Shown: positions 38,642 to 48,104 of the stretch, piece by piece
How the letters are laid out: the number at the start of each line of letters is the position of its first letter
Position numbering within the stretch: the first letter of the stretch is position 1
DNA from: Pseudobdellovibrionaceae bacterium
GTDB taxonomy: Bacteria > Bdellovibrionota > Bdellovibrionia > Bdellovibrionales > Bdellovibrionaceae
Assembly: GCA_039810425.1 (NCBI GenBank)
Contig: JBDHWW010000010.1
Coordinates: forward strand, 1 to 64,000
DNA: 64,000 nucleotides
Direction of reading: 5' to 3'
Program-made: the position numbers and the translations under genes
Notes under the pieces: generated by a model
What the model saw: the letters and a program-made list of their open reading frames with translations, nothing else
What the model was told of the DNA's origin: nothing
Database searches by the model: none

Positions 38642-39283
38642 ATGCCTAGAGCTAAGTTTTTACCCCATTCTAATATTCCCTATCTTGTTACCGCCCGATC
38701 ACGTAACCAAGAATGGTATGACCTCTCAATGTCGACAATGTGGGACCTTTTTAGTGACTATCTCTATTTCGTCGAAAAGGCCTACAATTTAGAAATTCAT
38801 AGCTTTGTTCTTATGAGCAATCACTTCCATATGATTCTGCAGACCCCCGACGCAAATCTGGACAGGGCGATGAATTACTTTTTGCGAGAGGTTAGCAAAG
38901 AGACTTGTCGCCTCTCCAAAAGAAAAAATCAGATTTTTGGTGGACCTTATCACAGGTGCCTTTTGAAAGAGGAGGCATACTACTTCAATGCCTATAAGTA
39001 CCTTTATCAAAATCCAGTGAGAGCTGGAATCTGCCAGTACGTCCATGAATATAAGTATAGTACTCTTGCCGGACTTTTAGGATTAAGTAAATCCATCATT
39101 CCCATTCGGGGAGATCGTATCTTAGTAGAAAATCCCACCCCGACGCTCAAGTGGCTCAACCAAAAAATGGATGATGAAACAAAAGAAACAATTCGGCATG
39201 GTCTGATGAAAAAAGAATTTAAAGTTTGCCAAGATAAAATGACAGGAAAGATCTCAGGTCTTCACGTACCGTCGTTTGACTGA
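38642..39283 (+). mobile_element. REP-associated tyrosine (Y1 HUH) transposase, RAYT/TnpA-REP type
   Basis: HUH motif LMSNHFH; catalytic-Tyr motif YLYQNPVRAG; flanked by inverted palindromic repeats; visibly AT-richer than its neighbours. Confidence 0.9.
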
Positions 39284-39310
39284 TCGCATCCGAAAAAGGT
39301 ACGGCGTACC
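39283..39310 (-). repeat. Right REP-like inverted repeat (28 bp)
   Basis: ATCGCATCCGAAAAAGGTACGGCGTACC. Confidence 0.92.
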
Positions 39311-39312
39311 CC

Positions 39313-39720
39313 CTACTTCTTGTCGATGGAAATTGCGAACTTTTTTACGCCGGCTGTTTTGACGATGTCGAGGAGACCCACCACTTTTCCGTGGGGGACG
39401 TCTTTATCCGCAGAGATGATCGCTTGGATGTCAGCATTCCTTGCCACTTCGTCCATCGCTTTTTGCTTTACTGCGGCTTCATCCACGAAAACGCCGTTGA
39501 GGTTTATACGGCCATCCGCAGTGAGGGCAATGTTGAGTTTACTTGGGGCCGTCTGATCGCCGCTGGCCGCTTTTGGCAAGTTCACATTGATCGTTGGTTT
39601 GATGAACATCGGGGCCGTCACCATGAAGATGATCAAAACCACGAGAATGATATCCACGAGGGGGACAACATTGATGTCCGCGATGGATTCATTGTTTTCT
39701 ACATCATACTTCATACCCAT
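39313..39720 (-). CDS. ExbD/TolR family protein
   Basis: INVVPLVDIILVVLIIFMVTAP; ISADK. Confidence 0.93.
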   Translation of the reverse strand: MGMKYDVENNESIADINVVPLVDIILVVLIIFMVTAPMFIKPTINVNLPKAASGDQTAPSKLNIALTADGRINLNGVFVDEAAVKQKAMDEVARNADIQAIISADKDVPHGKVVGLLDIVKTAGVKKFAISIDKK

Positions 39721-39722
39721 GG

Positions 39723-40358
39723 CTACACGCCTTTTTTCTTCGCGTAAGCGAGGCAGAGCTCTTTCACGCTCTCAAGGCCCTGCATCACACCGCGAACTTT
39801 CTTGCTATAGTAGTTGTAAGAAATAACCGCTGGGATCGCCACGAAAAGACCCGCTGCCGTTGCAACAAGAGCCAAAGAAATCCCCGCCATCACCGTCTGC
39901 TGACCCGCTTCTGGAGCCTGCGCTAAATCGTTGAAGGCTTTCATAATCCCCAAAACCGTTCCCAAAAGGCCGATGTAAGGAGCATTCGAACCGACCGTTG
40001 CAAGGAAACTCAAAAATCTTTCGAGCTCTGGGCGCTCTGTCAATGAAAACGTATTGAAGACTTCTTCCAAACCTTTGCTTCCACTGTCCTTCATATGCTT
40101 AAGCGCGTAGCTGGCAGCACGACCTTCGAGGCTTTCGATGTCTTTCGCAATCGTTTCAACGTCTTCTACGCTATTACTTTGCAACGCCATACGGATGCGG
40201 GCACGGATCTGAGCCGACTGGTTGCCAACTTTACGGAGGGCGAAAAACCGCTCTAAAATCATGCCGATGCTGAGGACGCTCAAGATAACCAAGATCCATA
40301 AAACAACTTGGTCCGCCAAATGCGCGACGGCAAAAATTTTCTCGCTAAGTACTGGCAT
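39723..40358 (-). CDS. MotA/TolQ/ExbB family proton channel
   Basis: LATVGSNAPYIGLLGTVLGIM; ALVATAAGLFVAIPA. Confidence 0.94.
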   Translation of the reverse strand: MPVLSEKIFAVAHLADQVVLWILVILSVLSIGMILERFFALRKVGNQSAQIRARIRMALQSNSVEDVETIAKDIESLEGRAASYALKHMKDSGSKGLEEVFNTFSLTERPELERFLSFLATVGSNAPYIGLLGTVLGIMKAFNDLAQAPEAGQQTVMAGISLALVATAAGLFVAIPAVISYNYYSKKVRGVMQGLESVKELCLAYAKKKGV

Positions 40359-40412
40359 GGATGGTCCTTTCTTTGACTCTCTTCAATAATTAAATCATTA
40401 TCACTAGATCCA

Positions 40413-42269
40413 ATGAGACCGGTCAAGGCATCCTCTATCATCGCAACTTTATTGTTACTGGCGGCAAGTCTAGTCCAGACTGCGTGCCAGCCTTCTTCAA
40501 ACCCTTCGATTTTAGTGATCGCAGTCGATGACCTTAGCGTATTAGATATTCTGTGCAACGAAGATATGACAAATGCCAATAGATCCGGCTTTGAAATTCT
40601 TTGTAAAGAATCAGTACGCTTCACCCATGCGTTTAGCCCCTCGGTCTTATCCGTGCCGACTCTCGCGAGTATCTTAACCGGGGTCTATCCATTTCAACAC
40701 CGCGTCCGCAATAACGGCTCTCCGGGCTTGGATCCACAATTCACCACAGTTGCTGAATACGCTTTGTCAAAGAACTATAGAACCGCTTTTTTCTCCGGGG
40801 GCCCCCCCGTGTGGAGAAAGTCTGGATTGAACCAGGGATTTGAGCTCTTCGATGACAACATCATTCCCACTCGGCAGACACTTTATCGTCCATTCCCCTC
40901 TTCCACGAAGTCCTTGATGCAGTGGGTGCGCCAGGATATCGGCCACAGTTCGTTCTTCGCGATGATCTATGCACCGGACTTGATCTTTACTAACACCGTC
41001 ACCGTGAATGAGTTCGGCGAGGCTCGAAATCTTTCGCACGAAAGCCAGCTTGATGAACTCGATAGCAATCTCTATCAACTTTTCAGTGACCTGAAGGCTA
41101 TGCACCGCTGGAATTCGACGACCTTGGTGGTGGTGGGGCTTAATGGCCACACGAGTGACGACCGTCCCGGAGAATTAACACCGCTGAACCTGCACAGTGA
41201 AAATACACAGGTGGCCCTGTTTGTAAAGCCGGCGCAAAAAGTCCGTGACGAAGCTTTGCAATGGAAGATTGACCGCAATGTCAGCCTCGTGGATCTTGGC
41301 CAAAGTTTGTTTGAGCTTATTGGTGAAGCCAACAATCCGAATAAGCCTGTCGGCGTCTTTCCGGTCTACTCGCTCAAGCAGCTTGTACAAAAAAATCAGA
41401 TGGAGTGGCCCGAAAATCGGCTGATCTTGATGGAATCGGATTGGGCTCAGTGGCGCGGCTTTAGCAATCGCCGCTCTGCGGTCTTAAGCGGCCATACGCT
41501 ATTGATCTATGATAGAGAGCCGCAATTCTTTAATACTCTCACCGACCGTCTTGAAACCAATCCGCTTCGCAGCGCCGAGATGTCCACGGAAGAGCGCAAT
41601 CAAATTTTAGCCGCGCTTGATGCCGTTGAGGGCGAACCTTGGCTGGGCCTCGACAAAGATACTTTTAAAAAATACACTCCGGGATTCTATCGCTGGCTGA
41701 GGGAAGATCAAAAGCCGACATTGCTCCGCGATTTGAAAGTGCATGCCAATGGGAAAATACCGGATGCCGACACGCTTCGCTGGGCCGGATTTTTGGCGTT
41801 TGAACTAAAAGATTGGAACAGCCTTAAAGCGCTGGGACAAAAAGCGGCGCAGCCTTTCTGGCAGTACGTTGCGGAACGCAACGGCGGGGGCGGTGGCAGT
41901 TCCCCCTTCAATATGGCCCAGGATACATGCTTACGCCTCTTGGAAATACCGCACCTAGATTCTGCGGATCTCAAAAAATGCGATGATTCGTTGTTCTTGG
42001 ACTTCATTGACTGGCATCGTGCTGATATTCGCGGCCTTTCTCGCGATACCCAGAAGCGCCGCTTTGAACGAGCCTATTTGAACTATCTCGTCGACCAGAA
42101 TATCAAGCAAGGCAACCTTGCAACATCTCTGATTTGGGATATATCCATGAAGACTCAGTTAGCACCTGAACGTGTGGATTTGGTTCTGAGCTTGCCGGAG
42201 TTTCAAAAGCAACGCGCCAGTCTTATGAAGGCCCTGCAAAACAGCAATACTTGGCAAGACGAAGATTAG
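40413..42269 (+). CDS. Sulfatase/alkaline-phosphatase superfamily lipoprotein, probably degenerate
   Basis: Lipobox QTAC; ILVIAVDDL, ASILTG.YP..H, GLNQGFE.FD. Confidence 0.75.
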   Translation: MRPVKASSIIATLLLLAASLVQTACQPSSNPSILVIAVDDLSVLDILCNEDMTNANRSGFEILCKESVRFTHAFSPSVLSVPTLASILTGVYPFQHRVRNNGSPGLDPQFTTVAEYALSKNYRTAFFSGGPPVWRKSGLNQGFELFDDNIIPTRQTLYRPFPSSTKSLMQWVRQDIGHSSFFAMIYAPDLIFTNTVTVNEFGEARNLSHESQLDELDSNLYQLFSDLKAMHRWNSTTLVVVGLNGHTSDDRPGELTPLNLHSENTQVALFVKPAQKVRDEALQWKIDRNVSLVDLGQSLFELIGEANNPNKPVGVFPVYSLKQLVQKNQMEWPENRLILMESDWAQWRGFSNRRSAVLSGHTLLIYDREPQFFNTLTDRLETNPLRSAEMSTEERNQILAALDAVEGEPWLGLDKDTFKKYTPGFYRWLREDQKPTLLRDLKVHANGKIPDADTLRWAGFLAFELKDWNSLKALGQKAAQPFWQYVAERNGGGGGSSPFNMAQDTCLRLLEIPHLDSADLKKCDDSLFLDFIDWHRADIRGLSRDTQKRRFERAYLNYLVDQNIKQGNLATSLIWDISMKTQLAPERVDLVLSLPEFQKQRASLMKALQNSNTWQDED

Positions 42270-42952
42270 TCGCTGAGCTCGACAATACCGAGCCAGAATG
42301 GCGCATCGGGATTCTTTTGAACGAGTTTTTGGGTCATCTGCTGCAAATCCGCTGAATAACTGGAGCTCCAAATAGACTCCGGCCAAACGCCGCCAGCGTA
42401 CAGAATTAGACGATCACTGTCTCTAATATGAAAATCACCTACACGGATATTGAGATTGGTATCCGTACCGACAAGTGTTTGCGGCAATGGCGGCATCAAC
42501 ATCCCGTCTTCGCCGCTCATCTCGAAACTGGAATCGAAGTTCACGGAAATCGGCGCCATCACTTTGTCAGATTTTTGAATCAAAAGATGCGGCGAACCCA
42601 CTTGGGCGTAAGCCATCTGCGAGCCGGTGCGCAGCAAAAGCAGCGTTTCAAGACCCGCTTGGTAGGCGACCTTGTTTTCACTCCGATAGAAAGTCTCATT
42701 GGCAATGAGAGTCGCAATACGCAAGTAGTTTGCTTGATTCGTCAGAGAGGTTAAGAACTCGAACGGAGAAGTCACCTCCACGTCCGCTTTTGCCGCCTGG
42801 ATGTATTTCGAGACATCTTCATTCAAACGAGCGGCATGCTCAGAACTGCCCCACGACGTCGTCACAACGATGAAAGAGCCGTCCGGCTCAACATAGATTT
42901 CTGGGCGGGGGCGGAAATTCTTGGTGGAGTACGAACGCTCGGCAATCCTCAT
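42266..42952 (-). CDS. PP2C/PPM-fold protein lacking metal-binding Asp residues
   Basis: Motif order matches PPM (FIVVTTSWG, LIANE, AQVGSP, LVG, DRLILYAGG) without the catalytic Asps; TGATG-coupled to upstream FHA gene. Confidence 0.6.
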   Translation of the reverse strand: MRIAERSYSTKNFRPRPEIYVEPDGSFIVVTTSWGSSEHAARLNEDVSKYIQAAKADVEVTSPFEFLTSLTNQANYLRIATLIANETFYRSENKVAYQAGLETLLLLRTGSQMAYAQVGSPHLLIQKSDKVMAPISVNFDSSFEMSGEDGMLMPPLPQTLVGTDTNLNIRVGDFHIRDSDRLILYAGGVWPESIWSSSYSADLQQMTQKLVQKNPDAPFWLGIVELSD

Positions 42953-44937
42953 CACAGAGCTCCGTACTTCTTAAGCTTAATTTTTGCCTTGCCGTAGTAT
43001 TCGCCGTCTGGAATATCAAGGTCCATGATCTTCTTCCACTTGTCTTTGGCCCCAGGACGAGTTTCACTACCCTCAACGTTGCCGTAACTCTCTTCAAGCA
43101 CGCCTTCTTGATACAAAACCATCATCTGCTTTTTCAACTCAAGAACATAACGTTGGATTTTATCCTTTGTATCATTATTCCCCGGATCAACATCCACGGC
43201 TTTTCTGAGGGTCAATATAGCGTCTTTCAACTTTTGATCTTTATAGAAATTCTCCGCTTCGTTTGTCAGCTGGTCGATTTTTTGTTTGAGCGTTTGCTGA
43301 ATCGCTGCAATCTGACGTCGGGCCTGCGGCTTCAACTCACCAGGATCCGGCAGGCTTGATGTTGTCACTGCCTGATACTCTTTGATGGCGCGCAAGAACT
43401 GATTTCCTTTGTGGCTGCTTTCTGCACGGCCAAAAAGTCCGCGAAGTTTGGCGACTTGGGCACTGTATTCCGCTTTCTGCGCATCACGCAGTTGCTTTCT
43501 CGTCGCAAATTCTTCCACCTGCCGCCGAAGCTCCGTGAATTTCGCGTTGGCCGGATCAAACTCAATGACAGGAGCTAAACACTCATCCAACTGAGCCATT
43601 GTAAATTCAGGTGTAATCTTACCCTGGCATTCCACCGTTTTCGTTTCAATCTTTTCGCGGTTCTCTGCCATTTTCTGTTCAAGCTGCTCTTGCTGCCGTT
43701 TCTGCTCTTGAATGACGAGAGCTTCATTCGCGAGGCGCTCGATGTCCTTTGTATCTTCGTAGTCAGGAACCAGCTCATAGATTTTTGTGACTTCGGCTTT
43801 TGCAAGCTCGTACTTACCTTGCATATAAAGGTTTTTTGCAAGCATGTAGGTCTGCTTCACTAAAATCTGTTGCTCCGGAGACAGCTTATTGAAAGCCTCA
43901 CTCGGCTTCATCGCACCTTGCTGTTGTTGACTTGGAGGCGGCTGCGCGTCCTGGTCACTGAAAAAGTAAGCAACACCCAATAGTAAGACCGCGCCGCCGA
44001 TAAGCTTAATACGGTGCTTTTCAAAATCAAATTTCTTATTTCCAGACGCCGGATGCCCACCAGGCCCCGCCGCCGGATAACCATAGCCAAGATGCGCTGG
44101 TGACATTTCACCCATCGGCATCGGCATATGCTGGCCATGCTGAGCGTACGTCGGAACTGTTTCGTGGTGGATCGCCACAAGCGGGTTTGGCGTCTGGGCT
44201 TTCACAAGCTCCATACGCGCTTTGAAATCAGGATCGTGCAATTCAAAATACAAATGATTATCTAAAACGCTGATTGCATCGCCGCTTTTAATCAGAATCG
44301 GATCCGTCGAAGGAACAGGAGTTCCATTCACCAGAGTTCCATTCACGCTGCCCAAATCCATAATCTGGAAAAAGCTGCCATGGCGACGCACTTCAAATTG
44401 ACGGCGGCTCACGCGTTGGTCACGAATCACGATATCACACGAAGAATCACGGCCTGCAATCCACGTGTCGCCGCCTTCAAGCTTAAAGAGCTCTTTGACG
44501 TCACCCTCGGAATTCACGACTTTGATGTAAGGAACCGTGTTATTCGAACCAATGAAAGTCTTCTCTTGCACATCGACTTCCGCATACGCCGACCCGGCTA
44601 TCGATTCAGGCAACCCTGGAGAAGCCACGGCCACGAGTTCCGATGAGACTTCAGAGTATTCAAATTCATAGGGACCTAAGTAAAATAGTCTGGATCCTTC
44701 CAGCGTTGAGTGTTGGATCTTTTCCCCATCAACAAGGACATCGCCAAACCGGGAAAGGACTTCGAGATTCCACTTATCATCAGCAAAGTAGATCTTAAAG
44801 TGCTCGCGGGAAATGCCTTTTTCACTGATCAGAACGATATCGCAATCATCCTTGCGGCCGGCAAGGTATGTACGTTCAGGAGCTAGCTGGACGTCTTGCG
44901 TGACTTTACCCCGGAAACGGACTCGCAAACGGGCCAT
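42952..44937 (-). CDS. Double-FHA, single-TM, TPR/coiled-coil protein
   Basis: AGR...ISREH and AGR...VSRRQ...DLGSVNGTLVNG; TM; TPR-like AVDVDPGN. Confidence 0.88.
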   Translation of the reverse strand: MARLRVRFRGKVTQDVQLAPERTYLAGRKDDCDIVLISEKGISREHFKIYFADDKWNLEVLSRFGDVLVDGEKIQHSTLEGSRLFYLGPYEFEYSEVSSELVAVASPGLPESIAGSAYAEVDVQEKTFIGSNNTVPYIKVVNSEGDVKELFKLEGGDTWIAGRDSSCDIVIRDQRVSRRQFEVRRHGSFFQIMDLGSVNGTLVNGTPVPSTDPILIKSGDAISVLDNHLYFELHDPDFKARMELVKAQTPNPLVAIHHETVPTYAQHGQHMPMPMGEMSPAHLGYGYPAAGPGGHPASGNKKFDFEKHRIKLIGGAVLLLGVAYFFSDQDAQPPPSQQQQGAMKPSEAFNKLSPEQQILVKQTYMLAKNLYMQGKYELAKAEVTKIYELVPDYEDTKDIERLANEALVIQEQKRQQEQLEQKMAENREKIETKTVECQGKITPEFTMAQLDECLAPVIEFDPANAKFTELRRQVEEFATRKQLRDAQKAEYSAQVAKLRGLFGRAESSHKGNQFLRAIKEYQAVTTSSLPDPGELKPQARRQIAAIQQTLKQKIDQLTNEAENFYKDQKLKDAILTLRKAVDVDPGNNDTKDKIQRYVLELKKQMMVLYQEGVLEESYGNVEGSETRPGAKDKWKKIMDLDIPDGEYYGKAKIKLKKYGAL

Positions 44938-46094
44938 TAGTATCTCCCCGCTTGCGCTAAAATGCACTCATTATAGTATTGTTTGGCTTCTTTAAAAATC
45001 GGATCTTGGTTGTTCGCAACCATAGTCATAACATTAAAATAAGCCGCTGCACACATGCGCCAGTTTTTCTTTTCACGGTAACGATTTCCCTGCAACATAT
45101 GGGCTTTTACTGTCTCATCGAACTTCAGTTTCGCGAGCTGATAGTAGCGCTTTGCCAGCTCGTTATCAGGATCCAGATTCAAGACGACTTGAAAAGATTC
45201 ACGTGCGCGGCCGTAGTTACCTTGTTTGTAATCACGAAAACCACGGATGTAGTTCTCTTGAGCACGGCGATATTGGACATTATCCAACTTTTCACGGCGT
45301 GCTTCGAATTCTTTAAGATCCCCTTTCGAGGTTTCAATATCTTTTTCAATTTGCTCCGTTGAACGGAATGTTAGTTCCTTCTTCGGGGACCGAGTTGAAG
45401 TCATCATCCAATAGAAGAAAATGCCAATCACAACCACGATCACGTAGAAACGAATGCGACCAGAATTGTCCCCGCCGGCAATTTTGCGGTGACGGCCACT
45501 GCCACTCGGACGTGGACTTGGAATTCCCATCGGCCCGGGCAAGTTCGTACCATAGTTTGGATGTCCACCGGCGGCTCCCGCCATGATTCCGGAGGGAGGC
45601 ATTGGCGACATCGGAGATTGCGGAACCGGGTACGGCCGGTTCGCCTGAAGGATCGGCATTTCTACGACGACAGCTTCAGGCTCAAAGTGTACTTTGGTTT
45701 TAGGCTCATCCAGATCATTTGGAGTCGCCGGCTCATTCAAATCCATACCCTCTGGCATTTCCGCAGTCGGCAATTGAAAATCAATGCGAAACTCGGTCTC
45801 GCCAATGTGAACAATAGCACCCGGCTCAAGCACCGCACTTTCAACTTGGCTGCCATTGACAGCCAAGAAGCTTTTCGAGCTGATGTTCACGATGCGAAGC
45901 TGATGCCCATCCCAATGAATTTCTGCATGCTTACGGCTTGCGCGAATATCATTTGAAAGAATCAAATCATTGTCGCTGCCACGGCCAATTTCAACAATCA
46001 CCTTGTTAAAGCTAAAGCTTTGCCCTGCCAGCGGACCGCGCTGGATTTGGATTTCAAGCTGAAAGCCAGTCTCTAACTGAGGAGCTGTTGACAT
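44937..46094 (-). CDS. FHA, Pro-rich linker, TM, TPR protein
   Basis: IGR...ASRKH; TM FYVIVVVIGIFFYW; VLNLDPDNELA. Confidence 0.88.
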   Translation of the reverse strand: MSTAPQLETGFQLEIQIQRGPLAGQSFSFNKVIVEIGRGSDNDLILSNDIRASRKHAEIHWDGHQLRIVNISSKSFLAVNGSQVESAVLEPGAIVHIGETEFRIDFQLPTAEMPEGMDLNEPATPNDLDEPKTKVHFEPEAVVVEMPILQANRPYPVPQSPMSPMPPSGIMAGAAGGHPNYGTNLPGPMGIPSPRPSGSGRHRKIAGGDNSGRIRFYVIVVVIGIFFYWMMTSTRSPKKELTFRSTEQIEKDIETSKGDLKEFEARREKLDNVQYRRAQENYIRGFRDYKQGNYGRARESFQVVLNLDPDNELAKRYYQLAKLKFDETVKAHMLQGNRYREKKNWRMCAAAYFNVMTMVANNQDPIFKEAKQYYNECILAQAGRY

Positions 46095-47767
46095 TACTCT
46101 CCCCCTTCCACTGGCGTGATACAGATGACGAAGTACGAAATCGCACCGTTCTCGACACCCATTGCGTGACAATGAATCTGGCAGTTATGACCACTAAATT
46201 CGAGCTGGTCGCTTTGGATAGAACCTGGCGCCAGACGCGATTTCTCTATCAAGTGCTGCATATTTTGTTGCAAAGCCAAGTCTGGAATTGCCGCAACCAT
46301 CTGATTTACCAACTGCGAAGACGAGGCATGCGCTAGCTGTTCAAAGTTCGCGTTCACAGAGACAATACGGCCTTCACCCGTCACTGCGACTGTTGGATAA
46401 CCCATCAACTGAACCAGGTTTTCCGCTTCGGAATCACGGCTAACCAGATTGACTTGGCCCCCGGCCTCGTCGCCACCATGCAAGTAGCGAGTCAAAAGGC
46501 TGTTAATGTTCGCAATCAGGTTTTGCAGTACCGGGAACTGGAATTCCACGTCAGCGGCATCCTTCTTCTCGCGCATGGCGATGTCGAGCTGCCTGTTGAG
46601 GCTCACGATCGGAAACTCAATCAGTTTATACATAAAGAAGAAGAGTAAGACGCCCACCAAACAAGCTAAGATCAGAGTTTGGAAGAACAAACTCAACACA
46701 TGACCATCGTCGAACGCCAGGCTTCCGATGTCATATAGAACAATCGCATGAGCTTTCACCGAGGGTTCGCCGGTATTTGGATCGTACTGCCCGATTGGGA
46801 AACTCGCGCCAATCGTTTGACTGTCGACTTGCTCCACCTGAGTCTTCATTTCACGACGAGCCACATGGACAAACGGAATATCCGGTGTCACACCTGCGCG
46901 GCTTGCCGGCGCAAGAATCATCCCGTCCGACTGCTGCACAATCATCACTTGCTTCACGCCGTCTTCTGTTTCAGCGGAATGGGTGCTCAAAGCTGAAATA
47001 TTGCCTTGCAAAAGTATTTGCTGATTCGCCATCGCCACGTTTCTGGCAATGGACTGAGCCCGGCGCTTACTTTCGGCCAAGATGCTGGATCTGGTAATCT
47101 GCACCATCGGAATCATCGATAGCAATGTCACTGCAAAGATAAATGCGCCGACGAAACCGCCGAGCACGTATTTAAACTCCACCAATTGCGGCAGCTTATA
47201 GATGCCCGGAAGGGCCACACGTTCCATATAGTCTTGCGCTTGGAATAAAAGATTCTGAGCAAAACCCTGAGGTGGCTCCACGCCTGGCATTTCGGCGGGT
47301 TCCGGCATTCCTTCGGGGAGAACGCCCATCATTTGCGGTGCTTGCTGCGTATAAGGCTGTTGATAACCTTGGGGATAATAGCTCGGAGCCGCATTGCCGC
47401 CATTTACTGGAACCGGCATCCCTTGTGGGTTTCCGGCGGCATGTGCTGTTGCGCCTGCTTGTGAACCCGGGCGAATATCCGGCGCGGGAATAATATCAAA
47501 GATCACGTCGTGCACGCTGACCTTGTCACCCAAACGGATGAGACCGTTCTGCGCCCGGACACCATTGATGTAGGTTCCATTGCTCGATTTCAAGTCCGTG
47601 ACAATGATCTTGTCTTTATAGACATGAATTTCAGTGTGCTCTTTCGAAACGCCATTGCTGGAGATCCTCACATCGCAATGCGGAGCGCGGCCGACGAGAT
47701 TTCGACCTAACTTTAAGTCATATATTTGACCCGCAAGCGGGCCTGTTAAGACCCTAATCGCCCACAT
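46094..47767 (-). CDS. FHA domain membrane protein with periplasmic sensor-like and PAS-like domains
   Basis: VGR...VSKEH...DLKSSNGTYING; two TMs; GRIVSVNANFEQL PAS-like. Confidence 0.85.
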   Translation of the reverse strand: MWAIRVLTGPLAGQIYDLKLGRNLVGRAPHCDVRISSNGVSKEHTEIHVYKDKIIVTDLKSSNGTYINGVRAQNGLIRLGDKVSVHDVIFDIIPAPDIRPGSQAGATAHAAGNPQGMPVPVNGGNAAPSYYPQGYQQPYTQQAPQMMGVLPEGMPEPAEMPGVEPPQGFAQNLLFQAQDYMERVALPGIYKLPQLVEFKYVLGGFVGAFIFAVTLLSMIPMVQITRSSILAESKRRAQSIARNVAMANQQILLQGNISALSTHSAETEDGVKQVMIVQQSDGMILAPASRAGVTPDIPFVHVARREMKTQVEQVDSQTIGASFPIGQYDPNTGEPSVKAHAIVLYDIGSLAFDDGHVLSLFFQTLILACLVGVLLFFFMYKLIEFPIVSLNRQLDIAMREKKDAADVEFQFPVLQNLIANINSLLTRYLHGGDEAGGQVNLVSRDSEAENLVQLMGYPTVAVTGEGRIVSVNANFEQLAHASSSQLVNQMVAAIPDLALQQNMQHLIEKSRLAPGSIQSDQLEFSGHNCQIHCHAMGVENGAISYFVICITPVEGGE

Positions 47768-48101
47768 GAAGCTCTTCTCCCACTTGAATGCCAAGTTCTT
47801 GAACGCGTCCCGCCGGAAACTCAATCACTGAGCTAGCGCCCCACACCGGCCATATAATGCGGAAAGGTTTTACCGACGGGTAAATCGCTTTCACACGTTT
47901 CTGTTTGTCCAAGAACACACAATCAATCGTAAATTTCATAAAATAGGTGTGGATGGAGTTGCAACGCCGAATCCACAGAGCTTGCTCTGTGCCCAACGAC
48001 TTACGGCCAAGAAGTCCCTTGCCGCGAGCCCATTCGGTCGCAGCGACGTCCAAATCCGCTATAAGTTGTAGGTTACGCGTCTTACTTACTAACACGGCCA
48101 T
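47754..48101 (-). CDS. DUF192 family protein
   Basis: RGKGLLGR, CNSIHTYFMKFTIDCVFLD, VIEFPAG. Confidence 0.9.
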   Translation of the reverse strand: MAVLVSKTRNLQLIADLDVAATEWARGKGLLGRKSLGTEQALWIRRCNSIHTYFMKFTIDCVFLDKQKRVKAIYPSVKPFRIIWPVWGASSVIEFPAGRVQELGIQVGEELHVGD

Positions 48102-48104
48102 CCT

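Noticed and set aside
38553..39310. Classical DDE insertion sequence with terminal inverted repeats, or an IS605 element
   Set aside because: Enzyme has HUH/Tyr rather than DDE motifs, no target-site duplication is evident, no tnpB is present, and a solo repeat exists elsewhere
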